A DNA stretch of 62,076 bases, counting the filler, from Dugesia japonica (taxonomy: Eukaryota), in NCBI GenBank assembly GCA_001938525.1. It is 6 parts of 6 records of this genome, joined end to end, with 100 filler letters (N's around TTAATTAATTAA, not from the genome) between each part and the next. Parts side by side here need not be neighbours in the genome. Positions count along the whole stretch, not along the records: positions 19,309 to 30,698 come from MQRL01635919.1; positions 30,799 to 42,037 come from MQRL01468241.1; 4 more parts are not named here. One strand, 5' to 3'. The notes beneath the pieces were generated by a model that saw only the letters and a list, made by a program, of their open reading frames with translations, searched no databases and was not told the DNA's origin. The first letter of the stretch is position 1. Each line of letters begins with the position of its first letter. The position numbers were made by a program, and so were the translations under genes. Below are positions 26,500 to 39,559 of the stretch, piece by piece.

Positions 26500-26960
26500 A
26501 GGTATTAACATGAAGTCTATTCAATGAATTCTTATAAAAACATCATTTTTTATCAGTACAAAGTTTTTCTTATTTAATAACTATTTGGTAATGATATGGA
26601 TTGTAGCAAAGATTGCTGTGAAGGGTTCTTGAAACAATGAAACCTCATCTCAAACATATTCTTGAAGCGGCATTTCATTTTAGTGGTCATGTCATAAGAC
26701 ATAGTTCACGTTATTGGTATGAACTTTCATTAGATGGAAGCAATTTATCTGTAATATGACTTTAAAGTAATGGTGTAGGCTGCATTGTGGAGTAAACACC
26801 TTATCAGCCAATACTTCTTTGAAGTTAATATCAGGGAAGAAAGTAATTTCATATGTTATAGATATTCTTAATGCCAATTTGGAACAGTGGTAATTGCAAA
26901 ACGGGCGAATATCTGGTTCATGCACAATAGTACACCACCACATGTTTAGTTAATTTAGCT
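26500..26960 (+). mobile_element. Tc1/mariner-superfamily transposase remnant (rosa/DD41D- or maT-like)
   Basis: EAAFHFSGHVIRHSSRYW, KVMV*AALWSKHLISQYFFE and IWFMHNSTPPH correspond to FSDEAHF..G.VN..N.RYW, VMVW..., WFQQDGAPPH. Confidence 0.72.
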
Positions 26961-27189
26961 TGAACAATGAGTAAGAATATACTTCTTTTGATAGCGCATC
27001 ATTTATGGAGACTGTTTACGTGAGTCATTGGATAATAATCATTATGCAGAATTTTTAAGGGTATCATAAATAAGCTTTGTTTCATTACAAGTAATGATAC
27101 AATCCAAGAATAATTGGTGGAATCTTTTGAAGAGAGATGTTACTACTTCTACTCTCCTTTTCATGTGTATTTCCGGCATTTATTTATTC

Positions 27190-27330
27190 AGTTTCAGCAT
27201 ATCCATTTACATTAGAAGGTCACTTGATTCTTTCGTTAGATTTAAGACACTCATTTCCACTTTGGAACTTATGAAACCATCTCTAGACCAATACACTGAG
27301 CTGCAGTATCATCTCCCTAATCTTTGTTTA
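27190..27330 (-). mobile_element. Mariner transposase N-terminal HTH fragment
   Basis: RWFHKFQSGNECLKSNER resembles the mariner RWFxKFRSGDFSLED motif. Confidence 0.5.
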
Positions 27331-27682
27331 TATTTTCAGTTATTTTAGTTACAATTATAATAATTATTAGTAATTGCAATCGTATATTTTTATAACATAT
27401 TGTAAATTGTCCATTTCTACAGGTTTCTTCAACCCAATTATTCTACAATTTCTAGATTGGTAGAAAATAGGTGTATACTTGATGGATTTATAGACAATTT
27501 GTACTAGTTTACCATAAAAAGTTTCATTTTATTTATCATTTCTTCAGAAACTTTCCGATTGTAATTTATATTTGTAATTATAATTATAATATTCGAGTAA
27601 TTATTAAACATTAAATTTAGATATTATTCAATGATCTAAAGCATTATGAGATCGGAAAATCTATATATTACTATTAGAAAAG

Positions 27683-27902
27683 AGATGAATAGGTACGTAC
27701 AAGGCCACTTGCAATTATTTTTATGACTTCTATGCAATTTCATAAAATATTTTGTGACTTCGATGAATTTACATAAAAAAATTATTAACTTTTATTATTT
27801 TTTTAAGATATTTAGTGACGTCTTTACAATATCTAAAGATTTTATGATATTTCTATGTAAAAAAATAAAAGTACAAGTGGCCTTGTACGTACCTATTCAT
27901 CT
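27683..27902. mobile_element. MITE with perfect 29-bp terminal inverted repeats
   Basis: AGATGAATAGGTACGTACAAGGCCACTTG (27683-27711) and its exact reverse complement (27874-27902). Confidence 0.85.
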
Positions 27903-29527
27903 ACTTTAGAAGATGAATCTGAATTGGTTTATGAACAGAGATATCAAAATGAATGATGATTGAATTTTTCTTATTGTCCTAATTACGAAATAAAATGAGT
28001 AGATTGATAGTGGCAGTCAGCACCACGCAAACAATCAGTACCCGCCCCCCGCCGCGGCGTAATGAAATTTAATCCTAATGCATTTAGTTGGGAATTTAAA
28101 AATTGTATCATAAATTGTATCATTTTTCTTTCAGGATTTTTAGGGTAGGGAAAATTTTTTATGGGAATTTTTTATAGGAATCTGGGCAAACCGTTCATGT
28201 TGTTTAAATAATATGAAAATTTAAAAATTTTTAAATCAATTTTTTATGGGAATACAGAGCATCAAAAATTTTTACAACATATAGTTATTTTTAGATATAT
28301 CGACTCAGAATTTTACGGCGATTATTTTTGATTTTCCCAGTATTTTGCACAGGATTTTTTCGAAAAAATATTTTCTTCTCAAACTCGGTCACAAAACTGT
28401 CTATTTGATAGAGAATTTCGATAGATTCCAAATATGTTAACTTAAAATCACCAAAGTTAATATTTGATGAAATAAATGAGTTTTTGTGGTAAAAAAAAAT
28501 TTCAAAATTCAAAGTTTAGTGCTCAAACCTCTGTGCGCTGAGAACTGCTATCGACTCAAATTTGGTATTATTTTACTAAGGAGGAAATAGTGACAATGCA
28601 AAGTTTAAATATCGTCTCGGGAAAAATGCTTTCTAACGAATAAATATAGCCGCCCTCCCGGAATTCGGTGAGATTTTTCGAAAATATCAAAAGTATCTCA
28701 AAATTTATCGAAATTTATACTATTCGACTGTATATTTTACAGTGAGTACGGATAAAACGGTTAAAAATAAACAAATCTTATACATAAAAGTTATACAGAA
28801 AAAACAAGTACTTTATTTGAGAGTCCCCGAGGAACATTAAAAAATAATAAAAAACACAAGTATATATCAAAATTANNNNNNNNAACGAAATTTTTGAAAC
28901 TAAAATTTATTTAATAAAAAATCTGACCAATCAGTCTGTTTGGTTGTTATCTCGTTACATATTATAGAATAATTTATAAAAGTATCGTTTTTTTATTTCT
29001 CTGGAATAATATATGAATTTTGTCTCTATTATCTTTATAAGTTTTCAGAAATTTTTAAATATCTGAAATATGAATATTTATATTATTTAGATGACATTTG
29101 CGTCCGGAGAAATATGTTTTGCAAAAGTTAAAGTAAAAAAGATAACGAAATTTTTGAAACTAAAATTTACTTAATAAAAAATCTGACCAATCAGTTTGTT
29201 TGGTTGTTATCTCGTTAACTTTTTTATGTGATGATTATTTTTAGACTTTTTTATTGGTAATAATTTCAAGTTTCTTAGTTGATGATTATTTTCAAGCTAT
29301 TTAGTTGGTGATCATTTTTTAGACTTTTAAATTATGATAGTGAATTAATCAATCCCTAGAGTACAATTTCATTTAAATTAGTTAATCTCATATGATAAAA
29401 ATACAAGTCGCTGGTTGACANNNNNNNNNNNNNNNNNNNNNNNNNNNNNNNNNNNNNNNNNNNNNNNNNNCCCTAGAGTACAATTTCATTTAAATTAGTT
29501 AATCTCATATGATAAAAATACAAGTCG

Positions 29528-29720
29528 CTGGTTGACAGTGGTCAAAGATTGGTTCACAATGGTCAGAGATTAGTAGACAGTGCTAATATTTTAGTTGACA
29601 ATGCTCAGATGTTGATTGATAGTGCTCAGATATTGTATGGTTATGGTCAATTATTTATTCACAAGGGTAATTTTTCGATGATTTTGGGTAATAATTTTCT
29701 TGGTAAGGGTGATTTGGTCA
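29528..29720. repeat. Degenerate 21-bp minisatellite (about 9 units)
   Basis: Units such as TTGGTTCACAATGGTCAGAGA, TTAGTAGACAGTGCTAATATT, TTAGTTGACAATGCTCAGATG. Confidence 0.75.
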
Positions 29721-30352
29721 ANNNNNNNNNNNNNNNNNNNNNNNNNNNNNNNNNNNNNNNNNNNNNNNNNNNNNNNNNNNNNNNNNNNNNTTAACCTTAA
29801 TTAATAAAAGGTTAATAAATTTTATGTTTCAAAAAGAATTTTAATTTCGATTGAAAATTTCATCGACAAAGTTGATTATAGTTAATTAGTAGCAATTATT
29901 GCTTATTTTTAGTATACTCAGACAGTTCCAATGATTTTAGTATAATAATTTACTCAATGAGAGAAAATCGGATCAATTTTCAGTTATCTACGGCTTTTTT
30001 ACTAGTAATGATCTATTTTCTAATGAATTTTATTGGAAATGGTCAAATTTAAATTTCAACATTAATCGGTTCCCATAGAAATTTAACATTTATAGTTATA
30101 AGATTTTAATAAATTATAAAATTAATTAATAAATGATAAAATATTCTCATACATTGTTTTTAATAATGGTTTGTTTTCATTCCATATCATTACATTACCT
30201 AATCCGGTTAGTACAGTTGAGCTATTATTCNAACTGTTCACATCCAGTCTCAAATTGTTAATGCTCAAGACCGTTGGCTTCCAATCGAATCCATTCATAT
30301 ACAAACTTATCAATCAGCTTGCGTAGTTTTAACTAGGCTAAGCTCGATTACA

Positions 30353-30698
30353 AGTAAGTAGATAGCGGCACACTGGGTCACCCCCCCTAGACAAAGAACA
30401 TTTATAACAAAGACGGTGGGTCATAATTATGACTAATCGATGCCTGAAACAAAGGAAATAAGTCCTAAGTATGAGTCATAATGACGAGTCATCTTTTCTC
30501 TAGATCAGGATGACTCACCCCCCCGGGGGGTAGAAAAATATTTAGAATCAGCAAATAATTATCTATCTAATAGACATATTTATTTTATGTAAAGATGAGA
30601 AATAATTTTTTCGAAAATTTTTTATTTGTGAAAAATAATCTCCATCCAATTCTCCATCGATTCATGTAAAAATCTCGATAAAAAAATTTTTCAAAAAT
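30353..30698 (+). mobile_element. Putative Polinton/Maverick terminal inverted repeat (left end)
   Basis: Starts AGTAAGTAGAT, the same 11-mer as the terminus at 57869 (reverse), and truncates an unrelated repeat at this point. CCCCCCTAGACAAAGAACATTTATAACAAAG resembles the reverse complement of ~32725-32757. Confidence 0.55.
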
Positions 30699-30808
30699 NN
30701 NNNNNNNNNNNNNNNNNNNNNNNNNNNNNNNNNNNNNNNNNNTTAATTAATTAANNNNNNNNNNNNNNNNNNNNNNNNNNNNNNNNNNNNNNNNNNNNTA
30801 AAAAGACT

Positions 30809-32585
30809 TGTCATTAATATTAAGGATTTATTTAACAATACTATAATTTATATTATTCAAACAAAATTGACTATTTAAATAATCACAATTTTTTAACTTC
30901 TCAATCCATTGAAATTGAAACTCGTTTTAGCCATTTAAGTCGTTTTGACTTTGGTTTATCTGGAAATTTCAGTAAGACTTAGTGGGAATTTAAAAGCTTA
31001 ATAATCGTATACAGCCCTTCATATTTGTCTCCACTTTTATGAATATTATGAGGTTCTTTTTTACAAGAACATTTTCATCAATTGCAAATCGTCTGTGACT
31101 TCTTGCATGTGATTCGTACTTTCTCATTTCCTCCGCAACTCGTTCCAGTTTTACTTATGAGTTATTTATCACTTGTTCATGATTAGCGGGCTCATTTCTC
31201 GACAACCCATGTAACAGCACTTTTTGCCCATATAGAACTTCAAATGGAGATCTCTTAATAGCGCTTTAATATGTTGCATTAATTGAAAATTAAATCTTGG
31301 GAATGTATTTTTTCCAAGTAAATCTATTCNTATCACTATTCATTGAAGTGACTAACATATCTCTGACTGTTCTAATTGCTCGCTCTGCTAGACCGTTGGC
31401 TTAATGTTGATAAGGTGATATAAATTCTTCTGTAATTCCAAATCTTAAACACAACTCGTTCATTTTGTAACTTTCAAAAACTCTACCCCGATCAGATAAG
31501 ATTGATTTCGGTTTTCCAAATCAGTAAATCCATTGGTTCTTTATTGCATCTGATATTGCTGTTTCATCTTGTTTACTAAAAGGTATCAATCGAACTAGTT
31601 TGCTAAATCTATCGATAATAACAAGCAAGTACTTCTGATTAGACTTATACTCAGAAAAACAGACCGCATTTATTACAATTTGTTTTAGAGGTCCAAATTC
31701 CTCTCTTGGTAACAAAAATGCTTTTGTTCGACCTTTAGTTTAGCACATATTTCACATTTTTGAATTTNGTGTTCTTTTTTTCTACTTATATCAGACCAGA
31801 AATATATCTCTTGATATATATCCCAAATGACATAGTTCTTTGTGCAAGTATTTTACTAATTTTGATGAGTAATTTTCTGGTATAACGATTAGTTTTTTCT
31901 CTTGATCATTTTTAAATACAATATTCCCAAATAATATGAATTTATCTGTACTTTTAAAATATTGGCTTTTTTTCACTTCAGTAGTTACATCATTATACAA
32001 ACCTTGTAAACAGCGTAATATTGACCTTAGTATTCCACATTTGTTTTGTAACTCTTTCATATTTTTGTCATAAAATACATTTTCATTTAAACTGTTTAGA
32101 AATCGAGCTTTAGATTTATTCTCTTTACCATCATGGTGTTTAGTTAAACATTGACTACATTGCGTTTCGTTTATTCTTGACATGCCGTCTGCATTTTTGT
32201 GATCCGTTCCTTTCCGATATTCTAAATCAAAATTAAATCCAGAAAGATTAGCAAAGCATTTCTGAAACTGTAGACTAAATGGTTTATTTGTTTTCTTTAT
32301 TTAAGTCAAAGCTTTATAGTCAATCCTTATTTTAAACTTTTTCTCAATTAAATAATGCATAAAATGCGTAAAAAATTTATAAATAGCTTAAAGCTCCAAA
32401 ACTTGCATCAGTGTCTAGAATCATTTATTTTGATGGATCAAGAAACGAGAATATTGGTGCTGCGGATAATTCATACTTTAACTTTTGGAAGCTACTTTCA
32501 GAATCTATGGACCATTTAACCATGTTTTCATTGCCTGATACCATTGCATATAGAGGCGCAGTAATAATCACATAATCTTTTGATA
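30809..32585 (-). mobile_element. Degenerate Gypsy element, RNase H-integrase half
   Basis: SAAPIFSFLDP, ILDTDAS, NADGMSR, HKELCHLG, LLVIIDRFSKLV, ILSDRGRVFES, SPFEVLYG. Possible short 3' LTR 30809-30887. Confidence 0.9.
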
Positions 32586-32589
32586 AAAA

Positions 32590-32785
32590 ATTCAATGATC
32601 TTGACAGGAAAAAAAATTTGTGAAAAATTTTTTTAAAAAATTAATAATTTAACAAAAAAATTTTAAAAAAATTTTAAAAATAAAATTTTTAAAAACGATG
32701 AGTCGTTGTCTACCCTTGAGTTATTGCCTTTGTTCTAAAAGTTCTTTGTCTGGGGGATGCGGTCATGCTGACATGTCTGACTACT
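32590..32785 (-). mobile_element. Putative Polinton terminal repeat of a second subfamily
   Basis: Minus strand begins AGTAGTCAGACATG...CCCCCAGACAAAGAACTTTTAGAACAAAG, an AGTAGT terminus homologous to 30353-30415. Confidence 0.5.
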
Positions 32786-33349
32786 TTGAACTTTAATCGC
32801 GATTTTCATATGGAAGTAATTATTTTACGCTACAGGTTTATAAAACAATCCTATCTTACTTTTTAATTTCCAATCTGATTGATATAAAAATGGGGGGAAA
32901 TTAAAACATTAAAACAAAAAAATTAATTAATTTTAAGTCTGTGTGGGGAATTCAAATATAAAGTCTACCGGATTATAGTTGCCATGAAAATTACCTTGAC
33001 CTACTTTTATTTAACCTTAACCTAAATTTATTTGACCTTAAAATATTACACCAATTAGAATTGGGTATACTATGTACCAGCGACCTTGACAAAATTTGAC
33101 CTTGACATTGGAACAGTATTTAATACTTTATCTTATACTACTCTATAGACCACTACGAGCATGCAATCAACACGTCTATGATCAGATTCTATGCTTAGAA
33201 AATTGATGGTTAATTACTCTATATAAAGCCTGGATCACTCGATCCATTATAAACATGGATTTCTTTTTGAAAGTTGCTTAAGTTGCTATGCGAAAATCAA
33301 TAGTTAAACTTTGAATCTGCGAAAGGTTTTAAATAAACCACAACTCGTT

Positions 33350-34030
33350 TTATTCGTATAGAATTTTATACATATGGATGTATAGGGTTTTCGAGATTTT
33401 CTAAGGTTTTGATTGATTAAATAAGGTTTTGTAGGGTTTTATATGGTTTTTTTGGAAATTTATATGATTTATAGGATTTTTATAAATGGATTAATTCTAC
33501 AGTTTTATGTGTTTTTATCGTTTTATATGGATTTATAGGGTCATGTGATTTTGTAAATGGTTCTACATGGTTTTATAAGGTGTTTATAATGTTTTAGTAG
33601 AATTTAATGATTTTTATAAGCTTATAGATGTTACATGGTAACATTATAGTTATAGTTAGGGTTATTGTAAAACTTTATTAGATAAAATATTATATAGATA
33701 TTGAGGTCATTTCTCAAATATTTAGTAGATTTCAATGAAACTTATCAAATATTTACTAGATATTATAGAAATTTACCATAAATGTATTAGAAGTTCATAA
33801 ATGTTTTCATTAAATTACTGGATATCATTAAACATATAGCATAAATTTACAAGAAATCGATAACGTTTTCAAATTTAAGTGTAAAACAATGGAAAATGAT
33901 TTCATAAGTTTACTAGAAGTTAAAAAATTTTAATAAATCTATTAGAAGTCGAGGAAATAATTCATATATTTACTAGTAGTAGAAGGAATCTTTCATAAAT
34001 TTACTGAAAACATGCAATAATTTCATATAT
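33350..34030. repeat. Degenerate tandem repeats (GGTTTTATA-like ~10 bp, then CATAAATTTACTAGA-like ~30 bp)
   Basis: Periodic motifs visible by eye; non-coding. Confidence 0.6.
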
Positions 34031-34483
34031 AACTTATACCATTTTGTTTAAAAGATCCCTGTTAGTTGAGTTTGGAAAACTCATCTTATCACCAATATCA
34101 AATTTCGAATTCATTACAACACTTTATTAAAATCAACACTATAACCAACAGTATTTGTTAACCAAACAAATTAAAATCCCGGGTTTTAATTGGTGATCTT
34201 TTTTCTAAAATTAAAAATTGAAAATTTTATTTATTAAAATTACTTTGATCCACTTAAACATTTTCTTAATTTTCATTTAAAAATTTACGACCAAATTTTA
34301 ACTACTTTAAAATTTTATTTTTTAAAAAGTTTAACTTTATTATTCAATAATTTTAATTTTTCCTTAAACCAAATATTTGTTTATTTAAATTTTTCATCAA
34401 TAATTTAAATCTCTNTTTTAAACAAAAGATTTTAAAAATAAGATCATCAATCACACAAAAATTTCAACTTGCTTTTCAAAACC

Positions 34484-35262
34484 CCTCACAATCACTATAC
34501 TGGAAAATATCTTGGAGCTACATGCAATCAGTGCAATTTATCACGCAAGGTTAGAATGGAGTTACCGGTCGTGTTTCATAACTTTAAAGGTTATGATTCA
34601 AATCACATCATCAAATATGCGCTCAACCAATTTCTCCATTGGGATCTCAATCCAGTTGCACAAACAACTAAAAAGTTTTTCGCTATGTTTGCACATGCTG
34701 GAAATAAGGTTACGATACGATTTATCGATTCATTCCAGTTTCTCAGTGCCAGTTTATCAACATTGACAAAAACCCTTGAAAGCTGGACAATAATATCAAC
34801 TGAATTTCCACATGGACAACAAAACAAGGGTATATTTCCAGACAAATTTGCAACTTTATATACGATGCTCATAAACCAAACCGAGTAACCAGCACAATGG
34901 TCATAAATAACAAGTGGAGAATATGAAATCGCAAAGTTGGCATGGATAGAATTGAGAAGCAATAATTTGTTGGAATACATGATGTACTCTATGAAGTTAG
35001 ATATATACTTGTTGGCACATGTTTTTCAAAATTTTCGTAAAAAACATTTAATGAGCATGGATTTGAGCCGTTACTATTTGTTTTATTGCAAGGATTGAGT
35101 TAGTCAAGTGCTCTTAAGTCGATGAATAGGTCAATTGAACTAATCCAAGATTCAAAAAAGCATCGGCTATTGGAATTGGGAATTCGTGGAGGAATGACGT
35201 TTGTAAACAAGCATCATTTGCAGGCAGATAAGCATACATCACTGATTTACATTGATGTGAAT
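34484..35262 (+). pseudogene. Polinton protein-primed DNA polymerase B fragment (endonuclease-VII-like Zn domain, exonuclease, up to motif A)
   Basis: HNHYTGKYLGATCNQCNL, PVVFHNFKGYDSNHII (ExoII), IRFIDSFQFLSASL, KGIFP, KLDIYLLAHVFQNFR (ExoIII), GIRGGMTFV, SLIYIDVN. Confidence 0.92.
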
Positions 35263-36400
35263 ATGTTTTGAAAAGCGAGTTGTAATTTTTGTCCTTTGAT
35301 TGGAAATTATTTTTGTTAAAAATCTTTTATTTAAAAACTGAAAGTCACAAATTAAAGTAAATTAAATTAAATTTTGGTACAAGAATTGTGTATAGTTAAA
35401 GACTAATTCAAATATTTTTATGCACAATTTATTGTAGATCTTTAGAAACTAAAATTTTGTTTTAAAATTTGTAAAATTAAAAATGATTTTTTGAGTTTAT
35501 TAGAGAATAATTTTCAGTTAAAACTTGAGGTTTTAATATTTTTGAACAAACAAATAATGATGTTATAGTTTTGTTTTGAATAAGTTTTCTATGGAATCGA
35601 GTTTTGATGTTAATGATCAGATGAGTACTTCAAACTCATCTAACATGGTTGCTACGGTAAACACCGATGCAATAACAGAAAGATTATTGCCAAAAATAAT
35701 TTGCAGAGGCGATAATCTATAGAAGTTTATTAAACGGTGTGAAATATACTTCTAGGTGAAGAACATCGTTATTAAGAAAGATCATGAGCGTTTGATTACA
35801 TATATGCTTGATGAATATTTAATGGAAGCATATGTGAAAACATTGAGAAAATCGGATGGATATCGAGAGAGATTGCAATTAGCTTTTGAGAGCAAGAGAG
35901 ATGTAATGAAAGATTTGCAGAATCTTGTAAGCTATCGTTGTGATGAAGAACCTTGCAAATTATTATAGGAGATTTATAAAGGACTACACGAAGTATCAAA
36001 ACTGTAAAAAATTTATGAGGTAGTAGCCAGAAAAAATATAGTGACCATACATAAAGAACCAAAATCTGGAAAATTAGAAATTAAAACATTGTCTCTAGTG
36101 TTACAGAATGATAATTGTAAATAACAATAGGAATGTAAAGAAATCGATGATAGTAAAGAAACTTAAACTTTGAAAAATATTTTAAATTTAAATTGATTGA
36201 AAATATTGCTTATATAATTCAAAATAAAACTTTGAGAGTGAAATTCATAGATTCCATTCATCAATTATTATATCATGCTGGATCAGAAAAGGTTTATGAA
36301 TTTATATCGAGACCATCTGATATGGAAAATAAAACTGATATAATATATAAAACTGTACAACGCTGTGGCAAATGTCAGAAAAATGAAAACTAGTGCTGTA
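35263..36400 (+). mobile_element. Internally deleted Gypsy remnant (gag fused to the integrase Zn finger), same family as the element at 1-3082
   Basis: NMVATVNTDAITERLLPKIICRGDNL*KFIKRCEIYF at ~35640 is homologous to ORF 2846-3082; HQLLYHAGSEK...CGKCQK at 36193-36393. Confidence 0.85.
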
Positions 36401-38629
36401 CTATCTACTAACTTTATAATATTTTATTTTTAATATTCAATTCTTAAATAATTATTCAGTAATTTATTCTTTATTTTATTTATATTTATTTAATTTTATT
36501 CTTAACCTTTAAATTCATAGCGATGTTGATTTGCATCGTATGTTTAAAACGATTGTTTATATAAAAACTAATAAAAACATACAGGAAAAATTGTTTTTGA
36601 ATAGAAACAAGGTAAGAGTAACGAATAATATTTATTTTTTGCATATACTGATAAATTTATGCAAGGAAAATGTATCTTTATTCACGGTTGATTTCAAATT
36701 TTATTTATTAAAAATAGAAATTCATGCATTTAAGGGTTAATCTTGCTAATTTTTTATAACTAATAACTATACGAATGATTTTTATTTTCGATTTTTTATC
36801 TGATGGGCTGAGCACCATTCATATGCGATTTTAATATCCCAAATAATAGTATAATTAAGTCGTACCCCAAAAATAAACCATGTGTGATATATTTTAAGAG
36901 TTTTTTTTAATATAATTCCTACTTTGAAAGTAAGCCATTGAAAAATAGTCTGAAAAATTGATACTAAATTATATTAACTAGATCTTACAATCAATAAGGA
37001 AATTCGTGGGGAAAATGAATTGATAAACTAATAAACGTTATTAAGATTGAATGAATTATTTTAGAATAAATATTAAATTTTATTATTTATTTTGTCAAGA
37101 AACACTGTATTTTGTTTTATGAATTTATTTTATTTATTCACTTTTTATTTTCTTAAAGAAATAGAAAAATACTTTCTTTTTCATTTAGTGGGTATTTAAA
37201 TTTTATAAATCAAATTCCTATGAAACAAAAATTTATAAAAAATAGAATATTTTTCATTTTTATTTTACAATAATTTAAATAAATGAAAATATTGTTTTAC
37301 ATTCTGAATCTTCATTATATTTTAGTAGTTGTTTGAATTGTTTAAAATATTCATCAATAATTACAGTATCGATGCCAACACGAATTATCGATATTATAAA
37401 TATAATCACAGATTTCCCATTGATACACATCTGAAACAAAACGAGTTCATTTTTCTAAAATGAAAAATTCAATAATTTTACCAAAGTTGATTGAGTAACG
37501 TTGTGATGATGTCACAATAAATAGAAAGTAAATGATTGAATACAAACAAAATAATAATATTTCATTCAATGGTTAACAGAGCCGAGAAATTGGTTCCCCA
37601 TAAATTAACGGAAGATACATCACAGTTGAAAATATAATAATTTTATCATTTCTCAATACAATTTATATGAATTTATATGACACACATGAACTTTTAGGGC
37701 GTCAAAACGAATACATTAATAGTTTCTTGCGTAATTAGTTTCGCTACTGTTTTTTTTTTGTTAAACCTACCGATAATTGATCAGTTTAATTATGGATGAT
37801 AATTCGACAAAATAATATTTTTTATTATTTTTCTATTAAATTTATTTTTAGAATCATTAATAATAATGATTAATAATAATAATAATAATAATGGTAATAA
37901 TTATAATAATAATGGTAAAAATAATAATAAAGGTCGAAAATTTGTATGTCTTTACAAATACATTTTATTTTGATCGAAGCTTTTTCTTTATTTTAATGAA
38001 ATCTCAAATGCTATCAATGGTTAATTGTCCAACAATTATTCTCACAATAATTGTAATAATAATAATAAATTTTTTTAATTTTTTTTTGGATAATAATTCT
38101 AATTATAGACTTTGTCTTTGAAAAAGTCAATTCCTGACGAAGACAAAGCCGAAAATTAGAATTATTATCAAAAACCAATAAAATTTTTTTAATAAATTCT
38201 GAAAAACGATCAATGGTTAAGTCCAACAATTATTCTCGCAAGAATTGCAATTGTAAAAGGTAAATTTGTTATTAAACAATTTATATATATTAATATTTGA
38301 ATTTGAATAAATTTTAATTTGGATACATTTAATAAGTTCAATGTGAGTTACTTCTAACATGGTAGCAGTGTAAATACTGAGGACTTGAAAAAATTCATTG
38401 AAAAATGTGAAATGTATTTCGAAGTTTGAAACACCACATAAAAGAGAGAATAACAGCATGCATAATTGATAAACATATATTATCAGGTGTTTATGTACAT
38501 ATTTTGAACGTAATTTATATTATATTTGACTTTGCTTGGAAATCGGTTCGATATATAAATTAAAATATATTTATATAACATTAAGATTTTGATCAATAAA
38601 TATGTTTATAGTTATGTTTATAAGCCAAA

Positions 38630-39524
38630 GTCTAGACGGCCATCTTTGTTGGACAACGATGCTTTGAAAGCTCTGGTTGAGTCAAACAATCTATGAAATG
38701 ATTCACACACTGGGGAGTGGATGGCCTACCTTTCAGGTGCACCTAATAGCAATTGGAAAGCACTACAGAGGCGAGAAATTGGTTTCACATAAATTAATGG
38801 AAGATGCTTCACAGCGAAGTTTTATTTGCAATTTATCACTTCTTAGACATAAAAAGAAACCTCTTCTTCAAGATCTTGTTAGCGGTGATGAGAAATGAGT
38901 TTTCTATAAAAACCCTGTATGCAGAAAACAACACCCATTTTGTTATGAGAAGTCATTAAAGACCGCAAGATCTAGACTTTACCCGAAAAGACACTGCTTT
39001 GTTTTTAATGAGATCTCAATGGAATAATCTTTTTTGAAGTGCTTAAGATGGGTCAGACTGTGACTGCTAACATCTATTGTCATCAATTGGCGTAGTTACG
39101 TGAAGCGCTAATAGCTAAATTCCCGGTACTGGTCAAAAGAAGAGGAATTTTCCTTAATAATGATAACGCCCATTTACACACCGCCAAAGTCACTCAATAA
39201 AATATCAGAGATTTTGGTTGAGATCTATTTCTGCACTCCCTATAGGCTGACTCCCTCTGATTACCATCTGTTTTGGTCTTTCCAACAATTTCTTAGCTGT
39301 AAAAGATTTAGTGATCTGAATGCTGTAAAACTTTCCTTTTGGAATACTTTGTCTTAAAAAACCATCGTTTTATGAAAAAGATATTAAAAATCTGGTGCAA
39401 GGATGGACTGATATCATTAATAATGATGGTGAATATATTAATAATTAAATTTATTTTACGTGGTAATTAAATAATATTAAATCATAAATGCTAAAAACCG
39501 TGGTTTTATTTTGGGTACACCTTA
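38630..39524 (+). mobile_element. Degenerate mariner (DD34D) transposon
   Basis: LVSGDEK*VFYKN, GQTVTANIYCHQL, NDNAHLH, TPSDYHLFWSFQQFL, WTDIINNDGEY. 3' TIR-like CCGTGGTTTTATTTTGGGTACACCT followed by TA; a possible partner lies near 36857-36883. Confidence 0.9.
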
Positions 39525-39559
39525 TGGAAGTGTATGAAAAACAATTTAAAAGTCATAAT

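Noticed and set aside
28006-28625. Possible DNA transposon with GC-rich ends
   Set aside because: Inverted similarity is weak and no TSD or coding remnant could be established.
29091-29133. MTFASGEICFAKVK resembling a PWWP-domain start
   Set aside because: Only 14 codons with no following GYPxWP exon found; too short to support.
34603-34980. 125-aa minus-strand ORF
   Set aside because: Antisense shadow of the pPolB fragment.
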